Notes: a model not told the origin generated them from the sequence alone. Numbered from the stretch's first letter, positions 52,512 through 63,051 are shown. The stretch: DNA of 64,000 nucleotides from Nitrosopumilus sp. (GCA_965205425.1 CBDBGZ010000008.1:64001-128000), one strand, 5' to 3'. Numbers and translations are program-made.

Positions 52512-53165
52512 ATGTATAGCGGAGAGCTTGAAGTTCAAGCAAAAAGAAAGGCTATAGCAGTTTTACAAGACGAAATCAACAGAATTCTAAATGCATCCAG
52601 AGAACTTGCAACACTACCTGAACTAATGATGAAAAAAGACAAGTCAGGAATCAAAAACACACTAGAACAAATTTCAACAATTGAAGAAGAAGTTGAAAAC
52701 TTGAGAAGAAAAATTACACGCGAAGTAGCAGATGTTGGAGGATTAATCATGAATAGAGAAAATCTTCTAAACACAGCATATACAATGGATGAAATTGCAG
52801 GTTACATCACAGGCATTTCATTCAAACTATCAAATGTAAAAATTACAACTCTAAAAAGTGCAAAACTGGACAAAGATATTACAAAACTGATTGAACTAGT
52901 TGTAGACGAAGTTTACAAACTAAACGAAATCATTCGTAGTCTTAATACAAACACTGCAAATGCCATCGAGTTGGCACAAGAAACTCAAACAATAGAGAGA
53001 GAAATAGACATCAAATATAGACAAGCAACATTGAAGCTTCTTACTGAAGTTACCAACACAAAAGAACTAATGTTGATCAAAGATGTAATTGAAGGAATTG
53101 AAGAGATGGCAGATAAATGTCAAAGAGTATCAGATTCTTTCATCCTATTAGCATTGAGCCTATAA
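52512..53165 (+). CDS. DUF47/PhoU-like protein
   Basis: IEEEVENLRRKI, IEREID, IEEMADKC helical repeats. Confidence 0.85.
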   Translation: MYSGELEVQAKRKAIAVLQDEINRILNASRELATLPELMMKKDKSGIKNTLEQISTIEEEVENLRRKITREVADVGGLIMNRENLLNTAYTMDEIAGYITGISFKLSNVKITTLKSAKLDKDITKLIELVVDEVYKLNEIIRSLNTNTANAIELAQETQTIEREIDIKYRQATLKLLTEVTNTKELMLIKDVIEGIEEMADKCQRVSDSFILLALSL

Positions 53166-53258
53166 CCAACTAAAATTCTCATCATTTTACTTTATTTTCA
53201 TTTTAGAAAAATGCATTTCTCTATAGAATTCATATACAGAGAATTATTTACATAGATA

Positions 53259-53795
53259 ATGAAAAGTGAATTAATTGAAAATAGAATTATAGTATGGGAC
53301 ATTGAAGATTCAAAAAAACTTTTCAGTCATGGGTATTATGGAAAACCAATAGGAATACCAAAACCAAAAATTGAAGAAATAGATGCGCCGTTAATCTTAG
53401 ATCTTATAGAAGGATTATATCTATTAGAAAATAAAAAAATTACCATTACAAAGTCTAAACAAAAAATAATTGTTGAACAATTAATGGATATATGTAAAAA
53501 AGAAATTCACGAATTTGATAAAAAATATCTTGTATACAAAAATTTTAGAGACAAAGGATACATAATAAATCCAGGAATTAAATTTGGATGTGACTTTGCA
53601 GTTTATGAAAAAGGGCCAGGAATTGATCATGCTCCATTTTTAATTCAAGTGTACACAAGAACAGAACCAATAACATCAACAGGTATTGTTCTAGCTGGTA
53701 GACTAGCTACAAGCGTCAAGAAACAATTCATTCTAGCAATTCCTAAAGGCAAGGATAAAGTTGACTTCTTGGCTTTAGACTGGTGGAAAGCTTAG
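53259..53795 (+). CDS. endA: tRNA-intron endonuclease catalytic subunit
   Basis: GIKFGCDFAVY..GPGIDHAP, GRLA.SVKK. Confidence 0.92.
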   Translation: MKSELIENRIIVWDIEDSKKLFSHGYYGKPIGIPKPKIEEIDAPLILDLIEGLYLLENKKITITKSKQKIIVEQLMDICKKEIHEFDKKYLVYKNFRDKGYIINPGIKFGCDFAVYEKGPGIDHAPFLIQVYTRTEPITSTGIVLAGRLATSVKKQFILAIPKGKDKVDFLALDWWKA

Positions 53796-54169
53796 ACAGA
53801 TTTTATGTGACCTGCAATTCGGTCATAAATTTCAAAGAGTTCTTTTGTAATTCCAAAAGCAATGTGATTATCCCATTTACTTCGGATTCTTACGGCTACT
53901 TCGGTAGGTTCTACATAGATGGTAGCATCTTTAACGGATTGCTTTGCAATCATTTCATTTAGTTCAGTATCTTCATTTAGTTTAGATGCAAGGCTTCCTG
54001 AACCATTCCATTCTACTTTAACAACAGTTTTTGAGGCAAAATGACCTTTGGTGGTAAGTTTTGTTTTTGCAACATAATTGTTAAACGAACTTCCAGTAGT
54101 CTTTCGTACAATAAATTGAGCTTGAAATCTATCAAGTGCGCCCCATGGAAGTGGATTTGGATCTTGCAT
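53792..54169 (-). CDS. Conserved hypothetical protein
   Basis: ORF in core context. Confidence 0.7.
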   Translation of the reverse strand: MQDPNPLPWGALDRFQAQFIVRKTTGSSFNNYVAKTKLTTKGHFASKTVVKVEWNGSGSLASKLNEDTELNEMIAKQSVKDATIYVEPTEVAVRIRSKWDNHIAFGITKELFEIYDRIAGHIKSV

Positions 54170-54171
54170 AA

Positions 54172-54408
54172 CTATCCCTTTTGAATTATTTGTATTGCGT
54201 CAATGTTTGAATTCTTGACATCAATACATCCTCTATTAGTTACCATTCTAGGTGTTTGAGCAAAATATCTACTATAGTAATCATCATTTTCAATTTCATC
54301 AGTTCCAATTTCTTTAGATTCAGAATCAATGCCGATCTCCTTTAACATACCAGCAAATTTTTCAGGCCACGATTGATAGACAAATGTATCAGACTCCGTA
54401 TCATGCAT
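54172..54408 (-). CDS. Conserved hypothetical protein
   Basis: ORF coupled to neighbour. Confidence 0.65.
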   Translation of the reverse strand: MHDTESDTFVYQSWPEKFAGMLKEIGIDSESKEIGTDEIENDDYYSRYFAQTPRMVTNRGCIDVKNSNIDAIQIIQKG

Positions 54409-54506
54409 TAAAAATCATCAATCATACCCACAAATAAAGATATCAAGAAAAATAGTGAATTGGGATCAATCAAAATAAATATCACAAAAGTTCTGTCAGT
54501 TTATCT

Positions 54507-56273
54507 ATGCTAAAATTCCAAAACAAACTTGCATTAATTACAGGAAGTGGAACAGGAATTGGCAAGGCCATTGCTACTAAATTTATCGAAGAAGGCGCCA
54601 GTGTCATTATTCTTGGAAGACGAAAAGAGCCATTAGAAGTAGCAGCAAAAGAACTTGAAGATAAAATTCCTCAAGATTCAAACGCTACAGTGAAAATTTT
54701 TGCCGGAGTAGATGTTGCTGATGAAGGAGCAATGAATGACATGTTTGACACATTGAAAAATGAAAACATCACAATAGATTACATAATTAATAATGCGGGA
54801 GTTTCAGGTCCTGTAACTTGTTTTGCCAATGCACCACTTGATGAATTCAAGAGTACCATTGGAATTCATCTTACTGGAACATTTTGGGGTGCAGTTCAGG
54901 CTCTAAAAGTAATGAAAGAAGGTGGAAAGATAATCACAATTTCCACATTCTTTACAGAAGAGCGACCACTTGAACAAAGACCATACAGATTTAGAAGTCC
55001 ATATACTGCATCACAAGGTGCAAAGAACAGACTAGCTGAATGCATGTCATGGGAATTAACAGATAAAGGAATTATTTCTATTGCAACAAATCCTGGACCC
55101 GTACATTCAGATAGAATTTACAAAACAGTTTATCCAAAAGCTGCAGCAGAATTTATGAGAGTCAGTGGATTTGAAGACTTGAATCCAGTGGAAGTTGAAG
55201 AAGCAAAAGACGATTTGTTAGAATGTATTTTAGCAGATGGAATAGATAAAGAAGGAATTGCAAAAATAGCAGAAAAATTAGCAAATGGAAAAGATGTTGT
55301 TAAACTTACTGAAACATTTACCAATTTATTAACAAAGATTCAAACAATAGCAGAAAAAGTTCAAAATAACACATCACATATGATTGCTAACCAAGAATTT
55401 TTGTCACAAACACAAGTTGCAGAATCAGTTCTTAATTTGTGTGATGATGAAATTGCAAAAATCATAAATGGAAAAGTAATTCCAGGAGACAGGGTATTTT
55501 ATCCAGTTAAAGCATACATTGGAACCACCACCCCAGGAGTTCATCAACCTGACTTTAGTGGAAAAGCTGTAGTGCTTACAGTGGATGCAACTGACAAGAC
55601 AGATGCAGACAGAGTAGAATACTTGGCAGGGCATATTGAAAAGAATGGTGGAAAAGTGGCATGTTTTATCTCAAATACAACACCTACAAACTTGCAAGAA
55701 CAAATTAGTGGAAAATTCCATTCACATGTTGTAGACATTACCAATCCTGAAGAAGTTGAAAGATGGTTAAACACAGCTAAAACCAATATCGGAGACATTC
55801 TGGGCGTAATTCACATTACAGGAAAACTTCCAGAAATTGATAAATTAACAGAGTTAAACAGAGCCAAATGGGAAGAACTAGTCGCAAAATTCATCTCAAC
55901 ACCTGCAACAGTTGCCCAAAGAGCACTAGAACAATTTGTTCCAGGAGGAGGAAAAGACCCAAGACTCTTCAAAGACACAACAGGGTCCATCATGATCATT
56001 GGTCCAGATCTTCCAATAGGAAGAAAAGTTACAGGTACACAAAGAGCTCAAGTAGAGGTATTCAGAGGAGCATTAAGACCATTTACAACAACTGTAAATC
56101 AAGAATTAAGCGATGTATTAAAATCAAAAATTAGATTGTTTACCATATTCCCAGGTTCAGTAACAGGTTCAGAACCAAATAATGAAAGAATTGCGGATGC
56201 ATTTAATTTCCTAGTATCAGATAGTTCTCATTCATCATCAGAAGTAACTTTCTGTGTTGATGAATCAAGATAA
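54507..56273 (+). CDS. Two-domain short-chain dehydrogenase/reductase
   Basis: TGSGTGIG, NNAGVSG, YxxSQxxK; second degenerate SDR domain. Confidence 0.88.
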   Translation: MLKFQNKLALITGSGTGIGKAIATKFIEEGASVIILGRRKEPLEVAAKELEDKIPQDSNATVKIFAGVDVADEGAMNDMFDTLKNENITIDYIINNAGVSGPVTCFANAPLDEFKSTIGIHLTGTFWGAVQALKVMKEGGKIITISTFFTEERPLEQRPYRFRSPYTASQGAKNRLAECMSWELTDKGIISIATNPGPVHSDRIYKTVYPKAAAEFMRVSGFEDLNPVEVEEAKDDLLECILADGIDKEGIAKIAEKLANGKDVVKLTETFTNLLTKIQTIAEKVQNNTSHMIANQEFLSQTQVAESVLNLCDDEIAKIINGKVIPGDRVFYPVKAYIGTTTPGVHQPDFSGKAVVLTVDATDKTDADRVEYLAGHIEKNGGKVACFISNTTPTNLQEQISGKFHSHVVDITNPEEVERWLNTAKTNIGDILGVIHITGKLPEIDKLTELNRAKWEELVAKFISTPATVAQRALEQFVPGGGKDPRLFKDTTGSIMIIGPDLPIGRKVTGTQRAQVEVFRGALRPFTTTVNQELSDVLKSKIRLFTIFPGSVTGSEPNNERIADAFNFLVSDSSHSSSEVTFCVDESR

Positions 56274-56275
56274 GA

Positions 56276-56448
56276 ATGAAAAAAATTTCAGAATTTAGGG
56301 TGGGAGATGCATTTTATTCCACATGCAGTATTTCAGATAAAGAATTAGAAGAATATCTTAAATTTTCCAGAGTGAGAAACGCATTTCTAGAAAATAAAAA
56401 GAAAGAAGGACAGCAATTAGTTTCAGGTAGAGGGATTTTATCTAGAAT
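56276..56448 (+). pseudogene. MaoC/hotdog-like gene truncated by MITE
   Basis: EFRVGD.F...ISDKELEEYLKFS..LVSGRGILSR then runs into the TIR. Confidence 0.55.
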
Positions 56449-56588
56449 AGACGTCTTGCGTAATTATTTCTAGGCGTGAATTTTGCTGCAGGATTTTTCA
56501 AATTGGTTGAGAAATTTGAATTTTCAGGTATGAATTCTGTTAAAATACAAAATTTGAGAAAAAATCTCTATAATTACGCAAGAGGTCT
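56449..56588. mobile_element. 140-bp MITE
   Basis: 18-bp TIRs agacgtcttgcgtaatta / taattacgcaagaggtct (17/18), flanked by aat on both sides. Confidence 0.8.
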
Positions 56589-56633
56589 AATGGTTAGTTT
56601 GTGATCTAAATTGGGTTACTTTTCCAAGTACTG
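56589..56633 (-). mobile_element. Diverged ISH3-type left-end remnant
   Basis: gatctaaattgggttacttttccaagtactg vs gatctaaattgagttactttcccatctactg. Confidence 0.65.
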
Positions 56634-56792
56634 GACAAAGGATGGAAAATCATGGTATGAAATCCCAATAATAAAGGAGGATTAGAAAATGAGCAACCCC
56701 CAATATGATGAATGTGCAGAAGATGACAATCTCAGATATGACCATAACAATGAAACTTTTTAAAGATCATATCCATACAAACGTCATAAACC

Positions 56793-56882
56793 CGTCAGGG
56801 ATGGGATTTGAACCCACGAACCGAAGGACTCAGTTAAGGGATTTTCAATCTCTCGCTATAGACCAAACTAAGCGACCCTGAC
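56793..56882 (-). tRNA. Class II (long variable arm, G73) tRNA, Ser-like body with GAA anticodon
   Basis: Acceptor GTCAGGG/CCCTGAC, D-stem GCT/AGC, anticodon stem AGAGA/TCCCT with loop TTGAAAA, variable stem AACTGA/TCGGTT, T-arm GTGGG-TTCAAAT-CCCAT; TATA-like tttattaa upstream. Confidence 0.85.
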
Positions 56883-56921
56883 GAGTTTACTGTTATCTTT
56901 CATTAATAAAAACATAATTGG

Positions 56922-58936
56922 GGCCTTGTAGAAACCATGATAAAATAACAAAATCTAATTTTCTAATCCTGTAAGCATTGTATGCAATTAACCTGTACAA
57001 CATCTCATTGTCCTGAGTTGTAACATTTCTTGATGTGACATCTCCTGACATTATCTGTTTGATCACAAAAAAGATTGTTTCAGATTTGTTTCTCTTGTTG
57101 TATCCCAAAATCAGTTCGTCCCTTATTTGACATCGTATTCTTCTCCTGTCTGCTCATCAATAACTCTTGTTCCCTTCTCTGGCATCTTTCTTGCATATGC
57201 CTTTGCAGGGGTCTCAAGATTATCCCAGTCAAGTGACATGTGTGGCTTTATGTGGTTGTACCAGTGGACCAGCTCATCAATGGTGCCAAACCATTTCTGC
57301 TTTCTCTGAATCTCGCCGTGAAATCTTTCTAACTTTCCATTTGTCTGTGGATGATTCACTCTTGCCATGATATGCTTTATCTCTAATTTTACCAGTTCTT
57401 GCTCAAACTGGGATGCTCCTTTTCTCTTGTATTCTGATTGGTTTGCATAAAACTGGGAGCCATGATCAGTTAGAATTGATGCAGGCCTACCGTGCTTTGC
57501 AATTGCCTCATGTAATACCACAAGTGCGTTATCTGTTGTTGCCTCTGCAAACACTCCATGAGAGACGATAAATCTTGATGCGTCATCCTGGTAGCATAAG
57601 AACCATCTGCCATCGTCTAGCTTCTTCCAGTCAGTATGCCACATGGAGTTTGAATATGTCCTCTCGTATCTAACCCACTTTCGTCTTCTCCTCTTCTTTG
57701 GCTGAGCTTCTGCCAACCCTTCATCTCTCATAATTTTGTGTATGGTATTGTGAGGTATGTGTGTTCCAGTGGTATCAATTATTTTCTCCAAGAATACTGC
57801 AGAACACCTGAACTTTTCAAATGCTGACTGGACAGTCTGCACCATCTGCTCTGTGATTATTCCCTTTGGCCTTCCAGGCTTGCCTAGGATTGGAACTGCA
57901 CCAGTACGGCGATACCGTGAGTAGAGTTTCTGCACCCACCCAACAGATATCTTCATGGATGAGGCTACGTCTGCGTTCTTGGCACCATCCTCTTTTGACT
58001 TGATTATCCAGGATATCTGGATTGGATCTAACTTTTGCATAATCTTGTGATTCTTTCCTCTTTTCCAAACGTATCTTGACTTTAGTCTGGAAATAATGGG
58101 GTGAACTAATTTGAGGATAATAGACAGATTTGTTTCTCTGATGGTACAATTGTACAGGAAAGTTCCTCTTCATCTCCTTTCTGTGAATTCCGCTGGTTCT
58201 GTAAATTGGAACTGTTCCATATCGAGTTGGAATTATTGCAGCTGTGTTGATCTGTTCTGCACCAACATGGTTATTCTCATCATCAAAACCCATGTCACCT
58301 AACACAATATCAACTGGAACAATATTGTTGGTTTTGTACAACAATGGCAGAAAATCAGGATTATCATGTTGCATGTTGTGGTGTGTCATGACACAGCAAA
58401 CAAGCTGTGTATTCATGTCAGCACAAACAACAACTTTTAGGAAATTCCTGCGTAACTGTACTCTTTTTGTATAATAGTATGATGCTGTACTGTAACTGAA
58501 TCCGCTACCATCAATTCCAGCTAGAACCAGTCTGACTTTTTTGTACAAAATGAATTCCTGCAACATTTTATGTAACAGATTTCCTTCCAGTCTTGCAGCT
58601 GCCTTTTGTAGTGTGGTGTAATGTGGAATGGTAGACAAACCAAGATATTCCTGAATTCCTACACATTCTTCTAAAAATTCTGTAAATCTTCTATAACTCT
58701 TTGATTCGTACTGTCGTATTGCCAAGAGTATGAGATGTGTCCAAACAGAATAGATATGATTTGATTTTGGATGTAAGAACCTGGGAATTCTGCATCTGGT
58801 GATTATATTGAGTAGTGTTTTGCACATTTTGACGTATGATGAGACCATACTGTAATCTGCAAATACAATCCTAATGGATCTAAATTAGCTAAAATGTATC
58901 ACAATTGGGTTAAAATCAGATGGTTTCTACAAGGCC
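56922..58936 (-). mobile_element. IS5-family element interrupted by IS481
   Basis: Perfect 17-bp TIRs ggccttgtagaaaccat; transposase 58848 to 58125 (IPHYTTL, IDGSGF, GDMGFD, YHQRNKS) resumes at 57080 (ETIFFVIK). Confidence 0.88.
57096..58124 (-). mobile_element. IS481-family element B (transposase 57123..58040)
   Basis: WHTDW, DDASR, TDHGSQF, PQTNGKLER; 15-bp TSD cagatttgtttctct (57081-57095, 58125-58139). Confidence 0.92.
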
Positions 58937-59068
58937 GTAGAAATTATACTTTTGAATCAAAATAAAAATACAGAGAAGCAGACATGTCTCCCCCGCCCCT
59001 AGATCAGATGACCTAGTGAACAATATGTATTACAAAATAAGTATAAAAATACAAAAAAGTTATCAAGG

Positions 59069-59848
59069 CTAAAATCCTAAAACATTTCCAGATAAAGAAT
59101 CAAAGAATAATTTAGCTGCTGCAATCAATATTACTATAGAAACTAGAATTTGTAAATAGCGTTCCTTGATATCAATAGACAATCTTGCCCCAACTAATCC
59201 TCCAATAAAAGAACCAATTGCTAAGAAACCTGCTTGAAGAAAATCAGGATGACCCAATAAACTATGTACAATTACTCCAGACAAAGACGCAAATAACAAA
59301 ATCATTTGAGATGTCGGTGCAGCTTTTTTCATCGCCATTCCCATTCCAACTACCATTAAAGGAACAAAGATGATTCCTCCACCAATACCAAAAAAAGAAG
59401 ATATAACACCTGCAAAAAAACTTGCACCTATTGCAAAAATCATCATTTGTTTTGAAATTCTTTTTTCTTTGGTCTCGATTTTTTTTCGTAAAAAGATATA
59501 AGCCGCAGATGCTATCAATACAAAACCAAATAAGATTTTAAAAATATCAGGGGCTACATCAGTTGATATAATCGCACCAAGAATTGTTCCAGGAATGGAA
59601 AGTAATCCAAGTTTAAGACCAAGAGAATATTCTATTCGTTTTTGTTTGGAATAAGAAATTGTAGATGCCATTGCATTACTTAATGCAGCAAACAAACTAT
59701 TACTTGCAGCAACCGTAGGAGGAAATCCTAAAAATGTCAACACAGGAACAACAATGACGCCACCACCAAGACCAATCATAGAGCCTAAAATTCCAGCTGC
59801 AAATCCCAATGGAATTAGCCACAGTTGATCAATCATAGTAATCGTCAA
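59069..59848 (-). CDS. Sulfite exporter TauE/SafE (TSUP) family protein
   Basis: GLGGGVIVVP and GIGGGIIFVP repeats. Confidence 0.9.
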   Translation of the reverse strand: MTITMIDQLWLIPLGFAAGILGSMIGLGGGVIVVPVLTFLGFPPTVAASNSLFAALSNAMASTISYSKQKRIEYSLGLKLGLLSIPGTILGAIISTDVAPDIFKILFGFVLIASAAYIFLRKKIETKEKRISKQMMIFAIGASFFAGVISSFFGIGGGIIFVPLMVVGMGMAMKKAAPTSQMILLFASLSGVIVHSLLGHPDFLQAGFLAIGSFIGGLVGARLSIDIKERYLQILVSIVILIAAAKLFFDSLSGNVLGF

Positions 59849-59876
59849 TCAAAGAAATTTGCAGTATATAATTAGA

Positions 59877-60506
59877 CTACTTGAGAATAATTAATGTCTG
59901 TAAAACAGAATTATCCTTAGGAGTAATTTCCAAAGTTATTTCAGAATTTTCCAAATCATCAATTTGAGACTTGATGCCACGTTCATCAGAATCATAGTAA
60001 AATTTGTGAACAAGATCTACCCATGCAGAAATAGATTCGACATCATCATCATCAGTTTTTTCTTCTTCCCAACAGTCACAAACTAGGGTTTCAATCATAG
60101 TTTCTAATACTGCAAAAACTTCATCTTGGTTTGATTCCAAAGTGGCAGTTTCAAGATTAGCTATGGCCATGATTGGGGAATTGGTATCACCTCCAATGTT
60201 GATATTTCCCAAAGGATTTCCGTGAATATCAGTTACAGCAGTGGTAGTGCAATATTCTACAGTTCTTGGGAGGTCTTTATCAAAGAATGTACAGTATTGA
60301 CTAATTGTATGATCAGTAATTACAGTTGGAGCAGACACAAAAATATTTTGAGTAGCTAGAGTTTTTTGGATTTTTTCAATATCATAATATGTGAATCCTG
60401 TATCGTAAACAAGTTTTGATTCAGTTTCAGTAGCAGGATATAAAATAAGTATGGAACCTAAAATAAGGATTACAATTCCGATTAAGATCAATAACGGTTT
60501 GTTCAT
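59877..60506 (-). CDS. Membrane-anchored conserved hypothetical protein
   Basis: N-terminal TM, VCDCW motif. Confidence 0.7.
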   Translation of the reverse strand: MNKPLLILIGIVILILGSILILYPATETESKLVYDTGFTYYDIEKIQKTLATQNIFVSAPTVITDHTISQYCTFFDKDLPRTVEYCTTTAVTDIHGNPLGNINIGGDTNSPIMAIANLETATLESNQDEVFAVLETMIETLVCDCWEEEKTDDDDVESISAWVDLVHKFYYDSDERGIKSQIDDLENSEITLEITPKDNSVLQTLIILK

Positions 60507-60546
60507 AAATTACAAGTTATTCATTCAAAGATAAGGCTTTGCAATG

Positions 60547-61038
60547 TTAAATTGAGATTATAGTTAATTTAGAATCTTTATTAATATTATTTTGTTCAAC
60601 AAACCCAGTTGTGACTTCAAGGATATATGATGCCTCACCATCTGGAACGACACTCTGACAACCAGTGATTTCAACTACAGTTTTACATGGAGGAACATTT
60701 TTTTCAATATGTACAACATTTCCATCTTTATCAAACCAAATCATGTCTAAAGGAAACTGCATGTTAAGCATCCACAAAGAATACAATCCAGGTTCTTTGA
60801 ATACAAAAATCATTCCTTGATCAAGAGGGAGCTCTTCTTGAAACATCAATCCACGAACTCTTCGGGGCTCAGAATCTGCAATTTGAACTTCAAGTGCAAC
60901 ATCATCTACCAAAATTGTGCCTCTTGGAAATTCGACTGATTCTAATTTACTATCACTAGGAAGAGTGAGCATTCCAATGACGCCGATAATAACAGCTGCA
61001 ATCGTAATAGGGATAAGTGCTTGAGCTCGAGTAGTCAT
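60547..61038 (-). CDS. DUF192 family protein
   Basis: RGLMF, GMIFVF, WMLNMQFPLDMIW, YILEV. Confidence 0.9.
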   Translation of the reverse strand: MTTRAQALIPITIAAVIIGVIGMLTLPSDSKLESVEFPRGTILVDDVALEVQIADSEPRRVRGLMFQEELPLDQGMIFVFKEPGLYSLWMLNMQFPLDMIWFDKDGNVVHIEKNVPPCKTVVEITGCQSVVPDGEASYILEVTTGFVEQNNINKDSKLTIISI

Positions 61039-61560
61039 AAATGAATTTGTTTGAATCCTTTTAAAATGTGTAAGTTTGTGTAATATCTTTTGATGATTTT
61101 AGTAAATTGTAGACATGAAGAGCCTTCTGAAAAATTATTCGAGGCTTGGATTTTAGATGAATATTGATGAAATTTACGCCCAAGGTACGCCTACATGGCA
61201 GAAGAGCAAGTTGGGTAATAACATTGGATTGATAATTATAGCGAAAAGATAAAGTTCATGAACTAAATAATTTCAAAAAACTAGGAATCAGTTGATCTTA
61301 CCTATAGGTAAATACGAATAAACAAATTGAAACACCTAAAAAATAACTCACGAACTTGTGCTTCTCACTATACCTAAAACTTTGTTGAGGGTATCTCCTG
61401 ACTCATGGCATTTCTTTTCCCCATATCTCTTTAAACTGATTTTCATATTTTCATACGAACTTGAACATGTTGAAAGAATTTAAAATTACAAAAAAGAGCG
61501 AATTAAACCACATGAAAAGATTTCAAATGAAATATAACATTAAAGAAAATAGGATTTTTG

Positions 61561-61904
61561 ATGGAAATTAGTGATTTGGATAAGAAAATCGATAAACATG
61601 GGGATTTTTTGAGAAATCAACAGATAATGAAAAAACCACAATCAAATTAATTTCAATTAATGCAGGAAATAGAACTAGCCTACAGTTTCATGAGCACAGA
61701 TCTGAGAAATGGTATGTTCTAAGTGGGGAAGGATATGCCAGGAATCCAAATAAAACAAAGATAAGACATGGAGATAGATTATTTATTTCAAAAACCACTG
61801 TACACAGATTAGAAGCCATAACAGATATGCAAATTCTTGAAATTTCTTTTGGAGATTTTGATGAATTAGATATTAAACGATTAGAAGACGATTATAACAG
61901 ATAG
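61561..61904 (+). pseudogene. Mannose-6-phosphate isomerase type II cupin domain, 1-nt frameshift near 61597
   Basis: K(P)WGFFE..SLQFHEHRSEKW..VHRLEA..LEISFGDFDE.DIKRLEDDY. Confidence 0.75.
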
Positions 61905-61905
61905 A

Positions 61906-63051
61906 CTAGCTCCAAACCTTTTCCTTAAAGGTCCATTTCTTATTTAGTATAAAGTTACTAAATGCCGCAGTTCCAACTGCCAATACTAATGAAACTGGAT
62001 ATAGAATACTCAACTCATCTACAAGATAGTAAACCATTCCAAGTTGAACTAGTGCACCAATTGAACTAAATCCAGTAAACTTTGCATATTGAACTAAAGT
62101 TTTTTTTGTAGAAAAATCTCTATCTTCAAACGTCCAATACTTGTTTAGAATGAAATTACTTGTAATGGAAAATATTATTCCCATTAATGTAGCATGTAGA
62201 TACCACATATCAGAACTTAATGTGAACAACATAGATGCAAGATAGTTTACACCCAATCCAGATGCACCAACTGAAAAAAATCTTGCGGCTTTTGAAAGAA
62301 ATCTTACTGATGTTCTTTTTTCTTCTTTTCTTATACGACGTCCATATTTGTATAATTTCCAAACAGATTTACAATAATCTAAAACAGTTGATGCGCCTAG
62401 TTTACTTGCTCCTTCTTGTCTATTGGTAAAAGCATATGGAACTTCCTGGATTTTCACGCCCTTAGTTTTAACCAAGATTTCAAGTAACATTTTGTAACCA
62501 ATTGCATCAAACTTTAATCCATCAAGAATATTTTTCTTAAAAATAAAAAACCCAGACATCGGATCATGTGATTTTACACCCAATCCTTTTTTTGCAATTA
62601 TAGTTGCAATTTTACTCATAAGTTTTCTTTTAAACGGCCATCCTTGAATGGAACCACCTTTAACATATCTTGAAGCAATAACAATATCACATTTAGTTTG
62701 TTTTAAAGTATCAAGCATTTTTGGGATGACATGTGGTGGATGAGAAAAATCACTATCCATTACCACTATAGTATTACTAGATGCTTGTTGAATCCCATTT
62801 AAAATTGCAGAACTTAATCCATCTTTGGCTTTTCTCTTAATGATGTTAATGGAATGACTAGTTTTTTCTTTAATAGAGTAAAAATAATCCTCAGCAATCT
62901 TTGCAGTGTTATCTGGAGAATTATCATCAATAACAATAGTTTCTGCATTAAGATTAGAAGGAATTGAGTTTTGAATATGCTCTAAAATTTTCCTAATATT
63001 GTTAGATTCGTTGTAAGTAGGTAAAATTATCGAAATCTCTGTATCACTCAA
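61906..63051 (-). CDS. GT2 dolichol-phosphate mannosyltransferase-like protein with C-terminal GtrA domain
   Basis: IILPTYNE, IDDNSPD, MDSDFSHPP, DPMSGFF; NFILNKYWTF. Confidence 0.92.
   Translation of the reverse strand: MSDTEISIILPTYNESNNIRKILEHIQNSIPSNLNAETIVIDDNSPDNTAKIAEDYFYSIKEKTSHSINIIKRKAKDGLSSAILNGIQQASSNTIVVMDSDFSHPPHVIPKMLDTLKQTKCDIVIASRYVKGGSIQGWPFKRKLMSKIATIIAKKGLGVKSHDPMSGFFIFKKNILDGLKFDAIGYKMLLEILVKTKGVKIQEVPYAFTNRQEGASKLGASTVLDYCKSVWKLYKYGRRIRKEEKRTSVRFLSKAARFFSVGASGLGVNYLASMLFTLSSDMWYLHATLMGIIFSITSNFILNKYWTFEDRDFSTKKTLVQYAKFTGFSSIGALVQLGMVYYLVDELSILYPVSLVLAVGTAAFSNFILNKKWTFKEKVWS

Noticed and set aside
56793..56882. Selenocysteine or pyrrolysine tRNA
   Set aside because: Anticodon is not TCA or CTA, and the D-stem is short
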